Shown here piece after piece: positions 50,095-62,813 of a stretch of 64,000 nt of DNA. The notes under the pieces are model-generated. The model saw only the letters and a program-made list of their open reading frames with translations, did no database searches and had not been told where the DNA came from. A program made the position numbers and the translations under genes. Position 1 is the stretch's first letter; each line of letters starts with the position of its first letter. The DNA comes from Camelus ferus. Lineage: Eukaryota. Location of the stretch: positions 105,030,001 to 105,094,000 of the forward strand of contig NC_045696.1 in the NCBI RefSeq assembly GCF_009834535.1. Direction: 5' to 3'.

Positions 50095-51214
50095 TGATGC
50101 TATGGGAAAACAAAGATGGGATCTCTAACTGAGCATGGATCAAACAAATAGGAGTTGCTCAGTAAATAATTGTTAAAAGAGTGAGTGGGTAAGCAGCTTA
50201 TTTGAAGTGAACCACCACACCCCACCAAAAAAAAAAAAAAAAACCCCAGAAAACTCTACCAAGGGGCTAGGAATGTAGAATGAGAGGCTAATGGCAGGAG
50301 GTATAATATGGGGTACCAAAGTGAGGGGTGAGGGCAAAAACAAGGGGTGAGGACAAGCTCCCTGGAAGACTTTCTAAGGACACCTGTTCCTGGCCTCCCA
50401 ATCCCCTTAGTATTCCTGCAGTCAGTGACGGCCTTGTTTTACACCAGCAATATGTGTTGTAGTGAGCACTTAATTTGGGTGTCCCTTTTCAATCCATATC
50501 CTCTCAAACTTTTAGCAGGAGAAAGTTTCTACAGGCACCTAAATCTCAACAAACTTGCCTGAAGACAGCTGTGGAGATTTGTCCTTAGGATATGAGACTA
50601 GTGTTGATCAAATCAATATTGTTTCCATTGGGAAGATCCTGGGGGGTTAAAGACTAAGAAGTTTCAGTAGCATCAGGAACACTTCATAGCGTCTGGAAGT
50701 GTTGCCTCACCAAGCCTGTAAAAGCAATCAGATATTTCTCTAAAGCTTGTCCAAACCACTTTGGTCTGGACACGAGGTTGGAAATCTCCTGAGAAGGAGC
50801 TTCTTTCTAAAGCTTGCTTTTTCTCTTTCCAGGGAGGATGAACACAGCAAACAAACAGCAATGCGACCTTGACGATGTGATTTTCTCCCGTAAACAGGCC
50901 GTGAGGAGGTTGGAGGCATGCTGTTTTCCCATTTTCTGGGCTCTGCTCTGGAAGCCTGGAATGCCATTTCTCTGACATTTTACTCCTCCACTGTGTCTTC
51001 CCTGAGTCACTGAGGAATCTCCATCCTTCCCTCTTCCCCTGCCCCGCCCTGCACATTCTGATCCACAACCCAGCCAGCAGCAGCTGGGGGGTCTCTCAGG
51101 GATATACGGACACCCCAGTCCCTTCTCAGTGAGGGAAGAAAGGGCAAAGGGATTCTTGCACCTTCAGTCAAAGTATCCAAAATAGCCAGTGAATTCCTTT
51201 TCTCTAAGATACAC

Positions 51215-51685
51215 TGTTCTGTCCCAGAGGGTTTCACTGGAGGATGCTACCAAACATTTTAGGAAGAAACAATATCAGTTACACAAATTCTTCCAGAAAA
51301 TAGAAGAGGCAGCAATAAAAAGGAAGAAACTACTGATACATGCAACAACACACATGAATTTGAAAAGCATTATGCTGAGTGATAGTGATAAAGTCAGGCA
51401 CAAAAAGCCCCATAGTGCCTAATTCAATTTATATAGCATTCTGAAGAAGACACAATTATAGGGAAAGATGCAAGATCAGTGGTTTCCAGAGGCTGGAGGT
51501 GGGAGGAGGAGATCGGACGAAAAGGGGCACACAAGACCTTTCTGGGGTGATGGAGTTGTTCTATATATTGATTGTAGTGGTGGTTATGACAGTATTCATT
51601 TATCAAAATTGAGCTGTACATTTAAAATGGGTGGATTTCACTGTATTAAATTATACCTCAAAAATGCTGACTTAAAAAAAAAGAA
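51215..51685 (+). mobile_element. Old L1 fragments, including an L1ME/MC 3' end
   Basis: aactactgatacatgcaacaacacacatgaatttgaaaagcattatgctgagtga...aaattatacctcaaaaa. Confidence 0.85.
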
Positions 51686-52479
51686 AATCCTGGCTTTCAA
51701 AGCATTAAATATCAATGTATTTAAAGCTAGCTTTAAAAAAACACATTTGCATTTATTATGAAGTATATATGTATGTGTGTGTATATGTACACATCTGCAT
51801 ACATATATATGTTTACATTTACATGTTTTGTTTCTTCTCGTGCTGCCATGTTACCGTACCAGCCCCGATGTCAGGAAGAACAGCTTCTCTGCTGGGCTCA
51901 CTGTCTCCAGTTGCACTTGCTCTCAACAGTCTCCTTTGTCTTAGGGAAGTGGATCTTGCCTAAGCTCAGCTTTGTGCATAGACATAGCAACCGCTCAGCC
52001 AGAGCCAGAGTTTAGGTCCTGCAGCTCAGGAAACTCACAGCTTGGCAGGCCCTGAGGGGATCGATGCTATAGATAGGGAACAGGCTTGTTAGTTACGTTG
52101 TCCTCCTAAAGTACTAGGGATCCTGTGAGGACTCAAGTGAGAAAATGCATGTGAAGGGCTGAGCACTAAGGAGACCCCCTCCCCCAAAATATAAACCATC
52201 ACTGATACTTTTATCACCATTTCTATTCTTTATATTCTATCATCAGGCTCCATTTGACTTTTCTGCTATTAGGTACCATTTTCTGGAAACAAATTAACCC
52301 TGTCCTAGTCATTGCCCCACCTGCAAACATGAGTGAGGTGTGAGAGTGAATCTTACATTATATGTTGAAACATGAGGACCCTCAAGTGATAGTCAATTAA
52401 TTCTTCTGACATGGGTTCTGGCCTCATCTCCACTGTGTCTAGGTCCAGGAAATGCCAGCGTTAGCCTTATATGTTTTGA

Positions 52480-52595
52480 TTACTCAACAAATATTTATTG
52501 AGCACCCAAGATATGCCAAACATTCTTCCATGTACTGTGGATACAGGAGTAAACAAAACAGGCAAGGCTGCCTGCCCCATGGAGCCTGCTTTTTC
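52480..52595 (-). mobile_element. L2 3' end
   Basis: actcaacaaatatttattgagcacc...cctgccccatggagcctg. Confidence 0.8.
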
Positions 52596-52869
52596 ATGCT
52601 AATTCAAAGTGACCTAATATAAAAAGAAACACTGTCTTCACACCAACAGTCACTCTGCTGAAAGAAGAGGTAAAGGGCTATAGGACATCTTCTTACCCTT
52701 GACTTTAAAAGTTTTCCAGTATGAGATAGAGAAGGATCTTAGAAGTATAGAGGAAGCAAACCTACGAGAAATGTCCAAATGGAACAATGAGATAGAACTA
52801 AGTAATAGTTGAACAAGCTCAGAGCAGAAGTGAAATGCTTATGCATATACACCCTTTCAAAATCCAACT

Positions 52870-53232
52870 CAGTTTTTAGGAGGGACATAGACTAACTTTT
52901 TTGTGTGTGGAACATAACAATGAACAAACAGGGAAAAGGACTCAAAATAATGTCCCATGAGGAATAGATGGAGTTGAGCCCAGAACTGAGCAATGTGTTT
53001 TCCCCCCTCAAGTACTTGAAGGTCCAATTCTGGAAGCAAGGTGAGGCTTATTCTATATAGCTCTAGAATGTAGAAGATACAGGGAGAGGTGCTTGGGCTC
53101 AAAATGAAGAGAAAGCCTTTTGCTATTACACTAGCCTTAATACAGAAATGGATACCTCAGTTTGGAGTGAGTTCCCCATCCCCGGAGGTGTTGAAGCAGG
53201 GACTGTGAAATTATTTCTTGGGAATGCTGTTT
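52870..53232 (+). mobile_element. CR1/L3 LINE 3' region
   Basis: ttaggagggacatagactaact...catgaggaatag...tcaagtacttgaagg...gtgagttccccatcccggaggtgttgaagcagggactg. Confidence 0.8.
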
Positions 53233-53249
53233 TACCTTGAGTGAGAGGC

Positions 53250-53530
53250 TCATTAAACATCAACTTATTAACATGCAGTGTGTATCTACCATGTTCCAGG
53301 CCAGATGATCCTGACCCTCAAGGACATCTGGGTCCAGTGAAGGAGGCACAGTCACCCAACTCTGTGATCAGTCATCAGTGTAGTGATAAAAATAAGCACA
53401 GAGCTCAGGGAGCACAGCCCGTAACTCAGCATAGGGATAAGGGAGAGCTTCCTGTGGGAGGTGAACTGAACTTAGTTTCAAATGATAAAAAGGAACTAAC
53501 TAAGTATTCAAGGGGCCAGGAAAGGATTTG
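53250..53530 (-). mobile_element. L2 3' end
   Basis: cctgaccctcaaggacatctgggtccagtga...gagagcttcctgtgggaggtga. Confidence 0.6.
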
Positions 53531-54061
53531 ACTAAAAGTAGTGGTTTCCAGGCTTGCACCATGGACTTATAGGGCATCTACACAGACCCTTGAAGGGCTT
53601 CGTGGGGATAAGACCATGTGGCCAAAGTTTCAGATACTTTCCTCACTTCAACAAAAGCAGGGAATTTTAACCTCTTGTATATCTTGGGCTCAATTTAAGA
53701 TTTTCAATCTACATTTAAAATCAAATCAAAAGATAGTAAAAGATAACTCAGAGTCTGTGCCTCCTCAGTTGAGGTGTGCTTCATGGAGTTTGTGGCTCCA
53801 TTTTGGAAGCATGGAGGCAGCTGGTGAGGGGAAGAGGTCCCACGGAGCCCCAGACTCAAGCAGGGACTCTTTGTTTCTGTCATTCAGCCATGCTGTTGGG
53901 TGCTGGAATAATGCAGTGATATCAGGACAAACTGAATTAATTTCTTTTTCCAGAGGAGGCCTGTGACTTTAGAAGAGAAATAAGGACCCAACTTATCCAA
54001 GGAGCTAAGCCATGACATAGTTTTCTGCACCCTCCCTCTTCACTCTGGGGGAAAAAACTGT

Positions 54062-54082
54062 TTCAGCACCAAGGACAGTACC
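54062..54082 (+). promoter_or_regulatory. RE1/NRSE, canonical REST/NRSF binding site
   Basis: TTCAGCACC-AA-GGACAG-TA-CC: both half-sites are perfect, with the canonical 2-bp spacer of TTCAGCACCnnGGACAGnnCC. Confidence 0.8.
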
Positions 54083-54764
54083 AACATGTTTCCACTCTGG
54101 GCTGTTCATCTCAAGGGAGATCCAGCAGAAGAATCCAGCTTCAGGCTCTCCACTCCTCTACCCATATGAGAGCTGTGCCTGCCTGCATCTCTCCAGTACA
54201 TGAAAATCCTGGTTCTACATTTGGACTTCTTTGGGGTCCCATCTTACTAGAAAATCAGACTCTGCTGCACTTAATCATTTCCCATCTAATTTGAACAATC
54301 TCCTTTGATTCAGAGTTATAATTAGCCTTAATAGCATGCTAAATATAAAGGTACAACACTCACCTCCAGGACATGACAAATGAAAAGAGAGCTGAGGGAG
54401 GAACCCTAATATTTTCTGTTTTCTACTAAATGCTAATAGAGGCAGCCAATAAACCACAGTTGGGGGTAATGGGTTTTTTGAATGTAAGAGGGGGAAGTTT
54501 TGCAGAGGAAATCACCTCACATGTCAAGGTGAAAGTTTACCCCCTGCAGCACAAGAAGCATGGGAGGAAAAAGGACACATTCTCCTTTGTCATAGGAGAT
54601 AGTAAGGAGTGAGTGAGAAATCAGTCTGACTCTGGTTTTCCAGGACACAGGATGGTTGGTCAGAAGCACGAGCACTGAGTACCTGGTCTACCCCTTAAGG
54701 GAAGCATGGGTCAGAGGCTTATCCTTGATAACCTTTACTTTCCCATCTCTTGAAGAGACACTAT

Positions 54765-54995
54765 GAAACAGTGTGATGGGCACTTGGATCTGGCCTCAAA
54801 CATTCTTCAGTATGAGTCCTAGCCATATCCCCCTTAGCCGGTCACTTCAATTCTCCAAACCACAGTTATTTCCCTAAGTAAAATGAACAAAATATCCTCC
54901 CTTTATTCATAAGATCACTAGGAGGGTGAAATGAGAAGCCTTGTGTGAAAATACCCAGCACAGGGCTAGATGTATAGAAGGTATTGGAAATATTA
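54765..54995 (+). mobile_element. MIR SINE
   Basis: gtcacttcaattctccaaaccacagtt...gtaaaatg...gaaaatacccagcacagggctag. Confidence 0.65.
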
Positions 54996-57629
54996 TATTC
55001 TGTCCTGCACACTTGGAAGAAATTGGTTCTCTCCAGGGTGGATTGATACGGTTTCTAAGTGGCTTATTAATGACTGTCCAGAAAGCACAAGCCTCTCCCT
55101 CCACCTGTTCACTTTCTGCAAAGGTAGGCAAACAGGTTTGTGCCAGGTTCTCAGCCCAGTCTTATCTAAACTGGCCCTTGGCAGCATCAACTCCACATGC
55201 CCAGCGAAGTCAGAAACAGGTCAGTAAGTTTTGCGTAGGGATCCAAGATGGCTCTTCCAAATAACTGGTTTCTCGATTGCAAAGGAAATGAGCCTGAAAA
55301 ATGTCTATAGCTTAATCATTAAAGGTGCTTTTGCTGAGAGCCAAAATCCATACTTTCACTCCTTAACTAGAAAGTGATGACTAAGCATTTACTACATTAA
55401 GTATTGTGCTTAGTCCATTCTGGAATGCTTTGCATTCATTACCCACTCTGTGCTGAGCACGGCTCCTACAGGACTTGGCGTGCAATACTCCTTGTTCTTA
55501 GAGACTCATCTCAGGTGTCCCCTCCTCCAGGGAGCCTTCACTGCCTCAAGATGACCTGGGGACCCCCTCTCTGTGGCCTCTGTCTTGTCTCCCTCACTTC
55601 ACCCAGCTCTCCAAGGACAGGGCTTGAACCTGAAGTTCTTTGTGGCCCCAGTGCTTGCTTCAAGGCCTGAGATAGAATTAGCTGCAGAGGATCTGTTGGA
55701 GACTGAAGGAACATGCTTGAGATTTCCTAGATTAAAAATACCCAAAGTCTATTCCCTAGAAGCCTGGTTCCATGGATTCTTTGCAGCTATTATATGAAGA
55801 AAGGATTTTTGTGGTCAATTCAGTTTGTGAAAAGGCAATGTTGAAGACTTCCTTGTTGCAGAATTCTGAGAACTATACAACGTGCTGCTGTCCTAGACTT
55901 GCAGGCAGGTGGTGGCACGTCATAAATTTAAGAATCTAAAAGATGAAGCAAAGCTTGCTGTCCCCAGGAAAGATGGCATCTGGGGAGGTGGGAGAGTTGG
56001 GCCATGCATCCCAGCCAGCCCTGCTCTACTGGAATAACAAAACACAGTCCCTTCTGTAACAGTAGCTGTAACCAGGGAGCTGGGTTTCTTCTGCCTACAA
56101 GTGAGTCTGGGTTTCCCTTGCTCCTGCTTCCCTGGAATGCAAATTGAGAGCAGCGGGCAAGCCCCTGTCAGCTGCTGGGCAGCCTAATTGCCCTACAGTC
56201 TCCTTACCAGGAAAATGCCTATGGAGGCATTTAAGCCTTCTATGAAAACTCCTAATTAGAAAAATGCATCATTGTTTAGAGGGAGTGTTTGGGAAGGGAA
56301 ACTCAGGTATGGAAGTGTGGCCGTGGTGTCTCTGTTGTCATTCCTGCTTTCTTGTCCATCTCCCTAGACTCTGCACATCTGCCCTGTGACCTTTTGTTAC
56401 CTCTGGGCCAATTGCATTTGTATCCTCCAGGCAACGACCTACAGGGAAGCTGCTGATGGACCTAGCTCACAACCATCCCCCTTGCTGGGCCAGCTCTTCA
56501 TTTCCTGCTGCCTCCGTCAGGGCTCTTGGCACCCTATCAACAAATCCCTCCTGGATCAAGGGTTGATCCCTGGTCCAACCAGCAACTATGCCTTCCCCCA
56601 GCTTCTGGAGGTGCAACAGCACATTGCTGCTTCTGCTAGGAGTAGGGCAGAGCCTCACTGGCTGGAGAAGGATTCTGACCACGCAGACACCAAGATGGGC
56701 AGGTCCAGGACAAATCCCCTCTGACAAATCCTCAGGTTGCATCAATGGGGATGATACAGGCAGAGTCACGTTACGCGTCTTTCACAGTAACACAGAATGA
56801 AGCCACACACGACATCCCTCGGAAGACCTCTGTGTGTGCTCACAAATGGAGAGTCGGGCTTGAGTGCACAGAGTTTGCAATAAACGCCAGTGCTGACATC
56901 TGCTACACAGACACCCTAGAGTGAGTTACTTAGCCTCCCTGTCCCTCAACCTTCTTATCCACAAAATGGAATCACTATTAGCCTGATTCAATCAGTTAAG
57001 GCTCAGAAACAACCCCTTAGCTCACCTTCTTCTGGCTGCTGTGACTTAAAGATGCAGATGAAAAGGTGAGATGGCTGGACACAGGACAGAGCCCATCCTC
57101 AGGTATGGAGCACCTGCCACAGCAGGACCCATTATTGGCTGCTCTTTGGGTCCTGGGGCCCCCTGGGGCCTCAGGTGCTAACTGATCCTCCGCTGCCTGG
57201 TAGAGGCAGCCTGCCCAGCTTCACTTAAGAAGACTTGTTAATCACAATGCTTGGAGGAAGTTATTCAAAATGGGTGTTCATACATCTGAAGGATGGATCT
57301 GAAAGGAAACCACTTCTATTGCTCCCTCAGGTGGTTTCCTCTCTGCACCCCCATGGTTTGGTTCTTTGCAGTAGCCTCCTTGCTGGTCTTGGCCATTGAT
57401 CTTATACCCCACTTCTCCTCCAGCACCCACATTGGTGTTGTTTCTAACTCTCCAGTGGCCTAGCATTGAAGCCCAAATTCTTGATCATGAGGACCATGAG
57501 GACTGCAGGCTTGTTCAACCCCTCACCTGCTCCCCATTTCTAATAGCCCCTTACACTCACCTCTGCAAGTTCCCCGACAGCCCCCAAACCTGTATTTGCA
57601 GTTTCTCTCCCTTCATCAAGCTTCAGAGC

Positions 57630-58135
57630 CTGTGTTTCTCCACATTCTGCCTATGTCTATTACAGTTGTAACCAATTACTACAAACTTAGTGGCTTCAAC
57701 ATTTCAATTCTTTTCTTACAGTTCTGGAGACCAGAAGTCCTAAAATCAAGGTATTATCAGGGAAACATTTCCCTTGGAGACTCTAGAGGAGAATCCATTT
57801 TCCTTGCTTTTTCTGACTTCTAGTGGCCTTCTAAATCCCTTAGCTTGTGGCCTCTTCCTCTACATTCAAAGCCAGAAGCATAGCATCTTCCAGTCTCTTT
57901 CTCTCTGCTCCTATGATCACATCACTTTTTCCAATTCTGATCTTCCTACTTCCGTCTTATCATCCTTATGCTTACCTTGATCCCACCCAGATAATCCAGG
58001 ATAATCTCCTCATCTCTAGATCCTTAACTTAATCTCGTCTGCAAAGTCCCCTTTGCAGAAATAACCTAAAATATTCCCAGGTTCTAGGCACTAGGACATG
58101 AACACTTTGAGGAACCATTTTTTCTGGCTACTACA
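57630..58135 (-). mobile_element. MaLR solo LTR (MLT1C/D-like)
   Basis: gtaaccaattactacaaacttagtggctt...cccacccagataatccaggataatctcctcatct...ctactaca. Confidence 0.88.
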
Positions 58136-58717
58136 CAGCTCCACTTCAAATTCTTCTATACTCAAGAGATGTCCATCTCAATTATTTTTGGTACAGAAAA
58201 ATGACTCAGTGTAATCCAAGGGCATTTTTCTTCTAGAGCCTTGCCTTTTGGGCATCTCATGGGTATGCTCCAACCCAACCCCTTAGAAACAACTGCTCCA
58301 TCCATTCAGACCTTGAGGAGCTCATGCAATCCGGAGAGCTGAGCACTCATCTTCCATTATGCATTTACTTAACATTTACTGACTGCTCTGGGCTGGACCC
58401 TGTGACATCCCTAAGATACAGAGATAAAGTAAAACAGAGAGTCCTTGCTCTGAGAGATTTACAGTCTCCATATTTGCCCTGTGTCTTGTTCATATCTTTT
58501 TCCTGATTCCATCTCTTGCCTGTGGATGGCACGGGTTCAGTAGAGTTGAGCTGAAATGATCTGAGATGTCACTCAGCAACATCAACCTCCCATAAATTCT
58601 CTTTGCCGCTCTCTTCCTGCTCTCACCATCCTCCAGAGCACTCATGGTTCATGGCGAAGAAGTGCCTCCCACTAGACTGGAGAGACTGGAGCCCCAGCTG
58701 AGGGCAGACGATTTGGG

Positions 58718-58721
<4 letters not shown>

Positions 58722-58755
<34 letters not shown>
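58722..58755. repeat. (GT)n microsatellite
   Basis: Direct reading. Confidence 0.95.
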
Positions 58756-58760
<5 letters not shown>

Positions 58761-58961
58761 CTACTCGAAGCCAGGTGTCTGATGGCTGGAGACTGCTCTC
58801 CCACATGATGCTCCACAGTGAAACGCCTAGGCCATTGCACTATGTGATTCGGATCCATGATTACTTGTTGCATAAAGCAAGTGCCTGCCTGACTGTGCAG
58901 ACACAGGAGGGACTCTGAAAGCACTAAAGGAAAGTGATTCTGCAGCTAAAGTCACATTAGT

Positions 58962-59048
58962 GGGGAGAGAAATAGCTCAGTGGTAGGGTGTATGCTTAGC
59001 ATGCACGAGGTCCTGGGTTCAATCCCCAGGACCCTTGCTAAAAAAAAA
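58962..59048 (+). mobile_element. tRNA-derived camelid SINE (vic-1-like), short form
   Basis: atagctcagtggtag...gtcctgggttcaatccccag plus poly-A; TSD aaagtcacatta (58948) / aaagtcatgtta (59046). Confidence 0.9.
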
Positions 59049-59199
59049 GTCATGTTAAATATTTATGTCTGAGAAACTATCTTTAAGAAGTTGGGAGCAA
59101 ACTCTAGAATGGCTCTATCATGAACAACAACAACAAAAGTGGCACAAACAGCGTCCACAACCATGCTTGGGCAATGAAGGGGTTCAGAGAACCATTTTT

Positions 59200-59550
59200 T
59201 TTTTCAACAAGTGACTGAGGATCTGCACCATGCCAGGCACTGTTGTAGGCACCAGGAGACTGGCAGTGAATGAGCCAGTCAAAATCTCTGCCCTTCCAGA
59301 GCCTGCTTTCTGGTAATAACTGACATTTACTGGATGCTAACTACGTGCCAGGCAGCGTTCTAAGTGCTTTACCTGTGTTAACTTCTCCTGGCCTGGCCTT
59401 CTAGGGACAGTTATTTTCAGTCCTGCTTCACAAAGAGGGAAACTGAGCACAAAACAGTCAATTAACCTGCCTGAGATCACAAAGCTCCAGGGTGGACAAG
59501 TTGGGATTTGGTCCCAGGCATCCCTGTGCTGTGAATCCTAGACTGAACAG
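59200..59550 (-). mobile_element. L2 3' end followed by MIR
   Basis: ttcaacaagtgactgagg...catgccaggcactgttgtaggc; then acatttactggatgctaactacgtgccaggcagcgttctaagtgctttac...gaaactgagcac. Confidence 0.75.
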
Positions 59551-60049
59551 TTTCTTGGCTTTCTTCTCATCTTAGAGAAGGAGAATTTAGGAAAAAGTCC
59601 TAGCCTTCCAAGAGTTAGAGCAGAGAGAGACAGACTCTGGCCTCTGGGATTTGGGAATTGAGAGGAAAGAAGAGAAACTGAAAATAAGAAGGAAAAGGAA
59701 ATGGTCTTAGGCCCCCTACCAGCCTCTATAATGCCTGAAGTCCGATCTTTAAAGTTTCCGTTTCTCTAGACAAAACATCACCATGGTCTGTGTTAAGGGG
59801 CCTTAGTATGAATGGAGCTAATGTCTTATGAGCTTCTTCCAAAGGTCAAGAAGGCAACAGACACTTTGTATAATATATCTTATTTAATCTTTTAATCAAC
59901 TGTTTAAGGTCATTATAACACAATTCACCAAAGGGTAAAATCAGGTTAGGCTGTTGGATACGGCAGGTTTCAAATCCAGGCACGGGCAAAGCCCTGTCTA
60001 ACGCTCTTTCCAAGACCTACGCTTCCTTGTTCAGTCTGCAGCATCAGTA

Positions 60050-60590
60050 TTATTTAAAACATTCAATCCTCTTAACCCAGAAAATCTACTTCTAAATATC
60101 TCTCCTTAGAAACTGGTCAGATGGGAATAAAAATGCTCATCATAGTCGTATTTACAATAGCAAATTTTAAAAGTGGGAGGAGGGAATAACAGAAATACCC
60201 AGTAATGAAAAACTGAATAAATAGTGTGAGTCATTTAATAAAATCCATGTAATACTTTCATAAAAGATTTATTTAAACATGGAGAATTGTTCCAGAGATA
60301 TTAGGCAAAAATATGCAGGCTTTGAAATAAATGAAGCTTATATGAATATATCTGTACGAGATAGAACCATTGAAACTGCCACTTTGTAAACCCAAAATGA
60401 TTGAATATTGGCAATTTCATGCAGTTCAACCTAATAGGGAAACAAATCTGATGGATGTACACAAAAATGCTTGTTGCAGATCTCTTATTGGTGCTTTCAA
60501 AAAGATTTTCATTGTGCTTTTTTATAGTTAAATTTCTTCCACACATGCATACATTGCTCTTGATCAGAAAAACCTATTAAAATAAATGCA
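60050..60590 (+). mobile_element. Ancient L1ME-like 3' end
   Basis: aacccagaaaatctacttctaaatatctctcc...catagtcgtatttacaatagcaaa. Confidence 0.65.
60355..60436. mobile_element. MADE2 mariner MITE inside the L1ME
   Basis: ~80 bp with TIRs gaaccattgaaactgcc / ggcaatttcatgcagttcaacctaata. Confidence 0.8.
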
Positions 60591-62813
60591 AATAATTAGT
60601 AGCATTAAAAGTACTATTTGACATTATTATTAAGGAGGATGCTTGGTCTCTCAGATGTTATGATCTGAGAATGGATGTTTTTTAATGATCTAGTTCCAGT
60701 GGTTAAATTGAGGACTCATGACAAAAAAATTGAACAGTTGGGGAAACTGATTTGTGAAATGACTTTTTTCTTTTTGGAAACGTTTGAGCTCTAAGTTATC
60801 AATCAAACAGTGTGCAATCTTTAAGGTAGTGAAATCACTGGACCGTTTTAAAATGCCATGAGATGGATACAGCATCAGATTTAAAGTTAAACCTTTGCCG
60901 TGAAGAATTTGCAACTGGCTGAATTAACTGCAAGGCAGTTAACCTGCAGTGCTATAAGGATCTAGTAGTTCAAGGTTGGGATGATGAGCCAATGCATGTC
61001 TCCAGCAGAAATGATCACAATACTTGAAAGTCAGAATTTTGTTTCTGTTTCCCCCGGGAAGGTCAGTCATTTATTAGCTTAAGTGAGACTTCAAACTTTG
61101 AACCCCAAGAAAATGCAGGTGGACCTGGAATCTTGGCTGGGAAAGACAAGACAGTGTGCATTACACAGTACACCATACACGTTGGCAATAATGATTCTAA
61201 TATAAGGGAGATAGATGATTCCCTTGACAACGGAACGTCAAGGAAACCCCAGTAAACAGTTTCCCTGATGGTACGTGCTTCCATGTTGCAAACTTACGGT
61301 GTGCTTTTTAGCCAGGACACTGAGACCACTAACAGTTTTGACTCTTAATTCTAAACTCTAGTCCATGCTTCCCCAGAGAACTGAGAAGAGGCCTCCAGAA
61401 CTCTGCTCGCCCTTTTGAGTGTAATCATTAGATTTGGCTCTTGGTTTTCCTTACGTGTTAGGTGGGTTTTTTTTTTTTTTAATTTTAAGTTCTTTCTTCC
61501 TTTGCTAATTGTGAACTCCTCAAGGAAATAAAACATTATTGACACAATTCTATGCACACTGCACAGTCACACATGCTGGTAGATAAAATAAGAAAAACAG
61601 AGTTAATATCCAGAAAACATTAAACTAATGTGCGTTTCACCCTTTCCTGCATAAACCATGTTTCTCAGCATCCAGCCAGCCATTATGATAAGAGAAAAGG
61701 CAGGAACAGAAATGGCAGGTGGGAAACTCCCTTTAAACAGGAGTGAGAGGGGCAAAGAGCTGGGAGGATGGCTCCCAGACAGCCAAGAAGGCATGGAAAG
61801 ATTCCTGGGAACAGGGAGCTCTCAGCTGGGTATGAAAACTGTACCATTAGGGAGGAGATTCTGTACTATTCTGCAGGAATATTCTGGGTTCACCATTTCA
61901 TTTCTCACTAGCTTCTGCCCTGTGCTGTTTGTAACTGTTCACAGTTTTTAAATAATGCAACTCCCACTACTGCTCACCAGAAGCATGCCATATGAGGTTG
62001 CCTGCATGGGAAGCAGTTCAGTCACAGATCAATCTGTCTACCTGGAAAGACCTGCACTTGGGATTTTTGACTTGAGGGTGCATGTTGGGAACTTAGGTCT
62101 GCTTTCTGGGACCATGTGTTAATAGACAGGCCATGTGTCCTAACTTGAAGATCAAAACTACCTCTTTTATATTTTGCAATAACAGATAAGCACAGGGAAA
62201 CTTGGTTTCATTTATATGAATTCTGTCTGTGCATCAGGAGCTCCCCATGGTATAGGAGAATTTCCACCACCAGTAGGGGTTTTACCTACAGCCACCAGAG
62301 ACAGCATGGTCAGCGTCAAGAACTAGATCTGCTCTCCCAAGGACCCACCTTCAAAGCCAAGTAAGAAAATGGTAGAAAGAGGAGAATGAACCTCCAGGTC
62401 ACAGCCAATGGTATGGGGAGGCAGAAAACAGCAGGTGTGAGAAATAGGTCAATGCAAACTCTAAAGCTATAAATGCTGAGAACATGACTCAATATTACAG
62501 ATGGTTCAACAAAAATACCTGAAATGCCTAATAAAAAATGTGTCAGTTTCAAAATACATGTATACCTGATTTAGGATGTTTATTGACAAAAAACATTACC
62601 CACTTTTACTTTGTATAGTATGAATGACTTTTAAGCATTCTTTTTTCTCCGATTTTACCTAGAAAATGTCAATCCTAAAGAGAAAAAAAATGGTATCAAG
62701 AAGACCCATAAACCCTTCATCCATAACCAAAGTATATTTTTGCCACATAATTTCATCAAGTTTACCCACTCTCTCTCTCAAATAGTTTGGCTTAAGTATT
62801 TAAGATAAAGCAT

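Noticed and set aside
53538..53815. hAT/Charlie-type MER element
   Set aside because: Ends resemble cagtggtttcca-type TIRs but are too degenerate to assign
56386..56800. Coding exon after the acceptor-like ttgtatcctccag (~56430)
   Set aside because: No frame resembles a protein I recognise, there is no clear donor, and there are no partner exons
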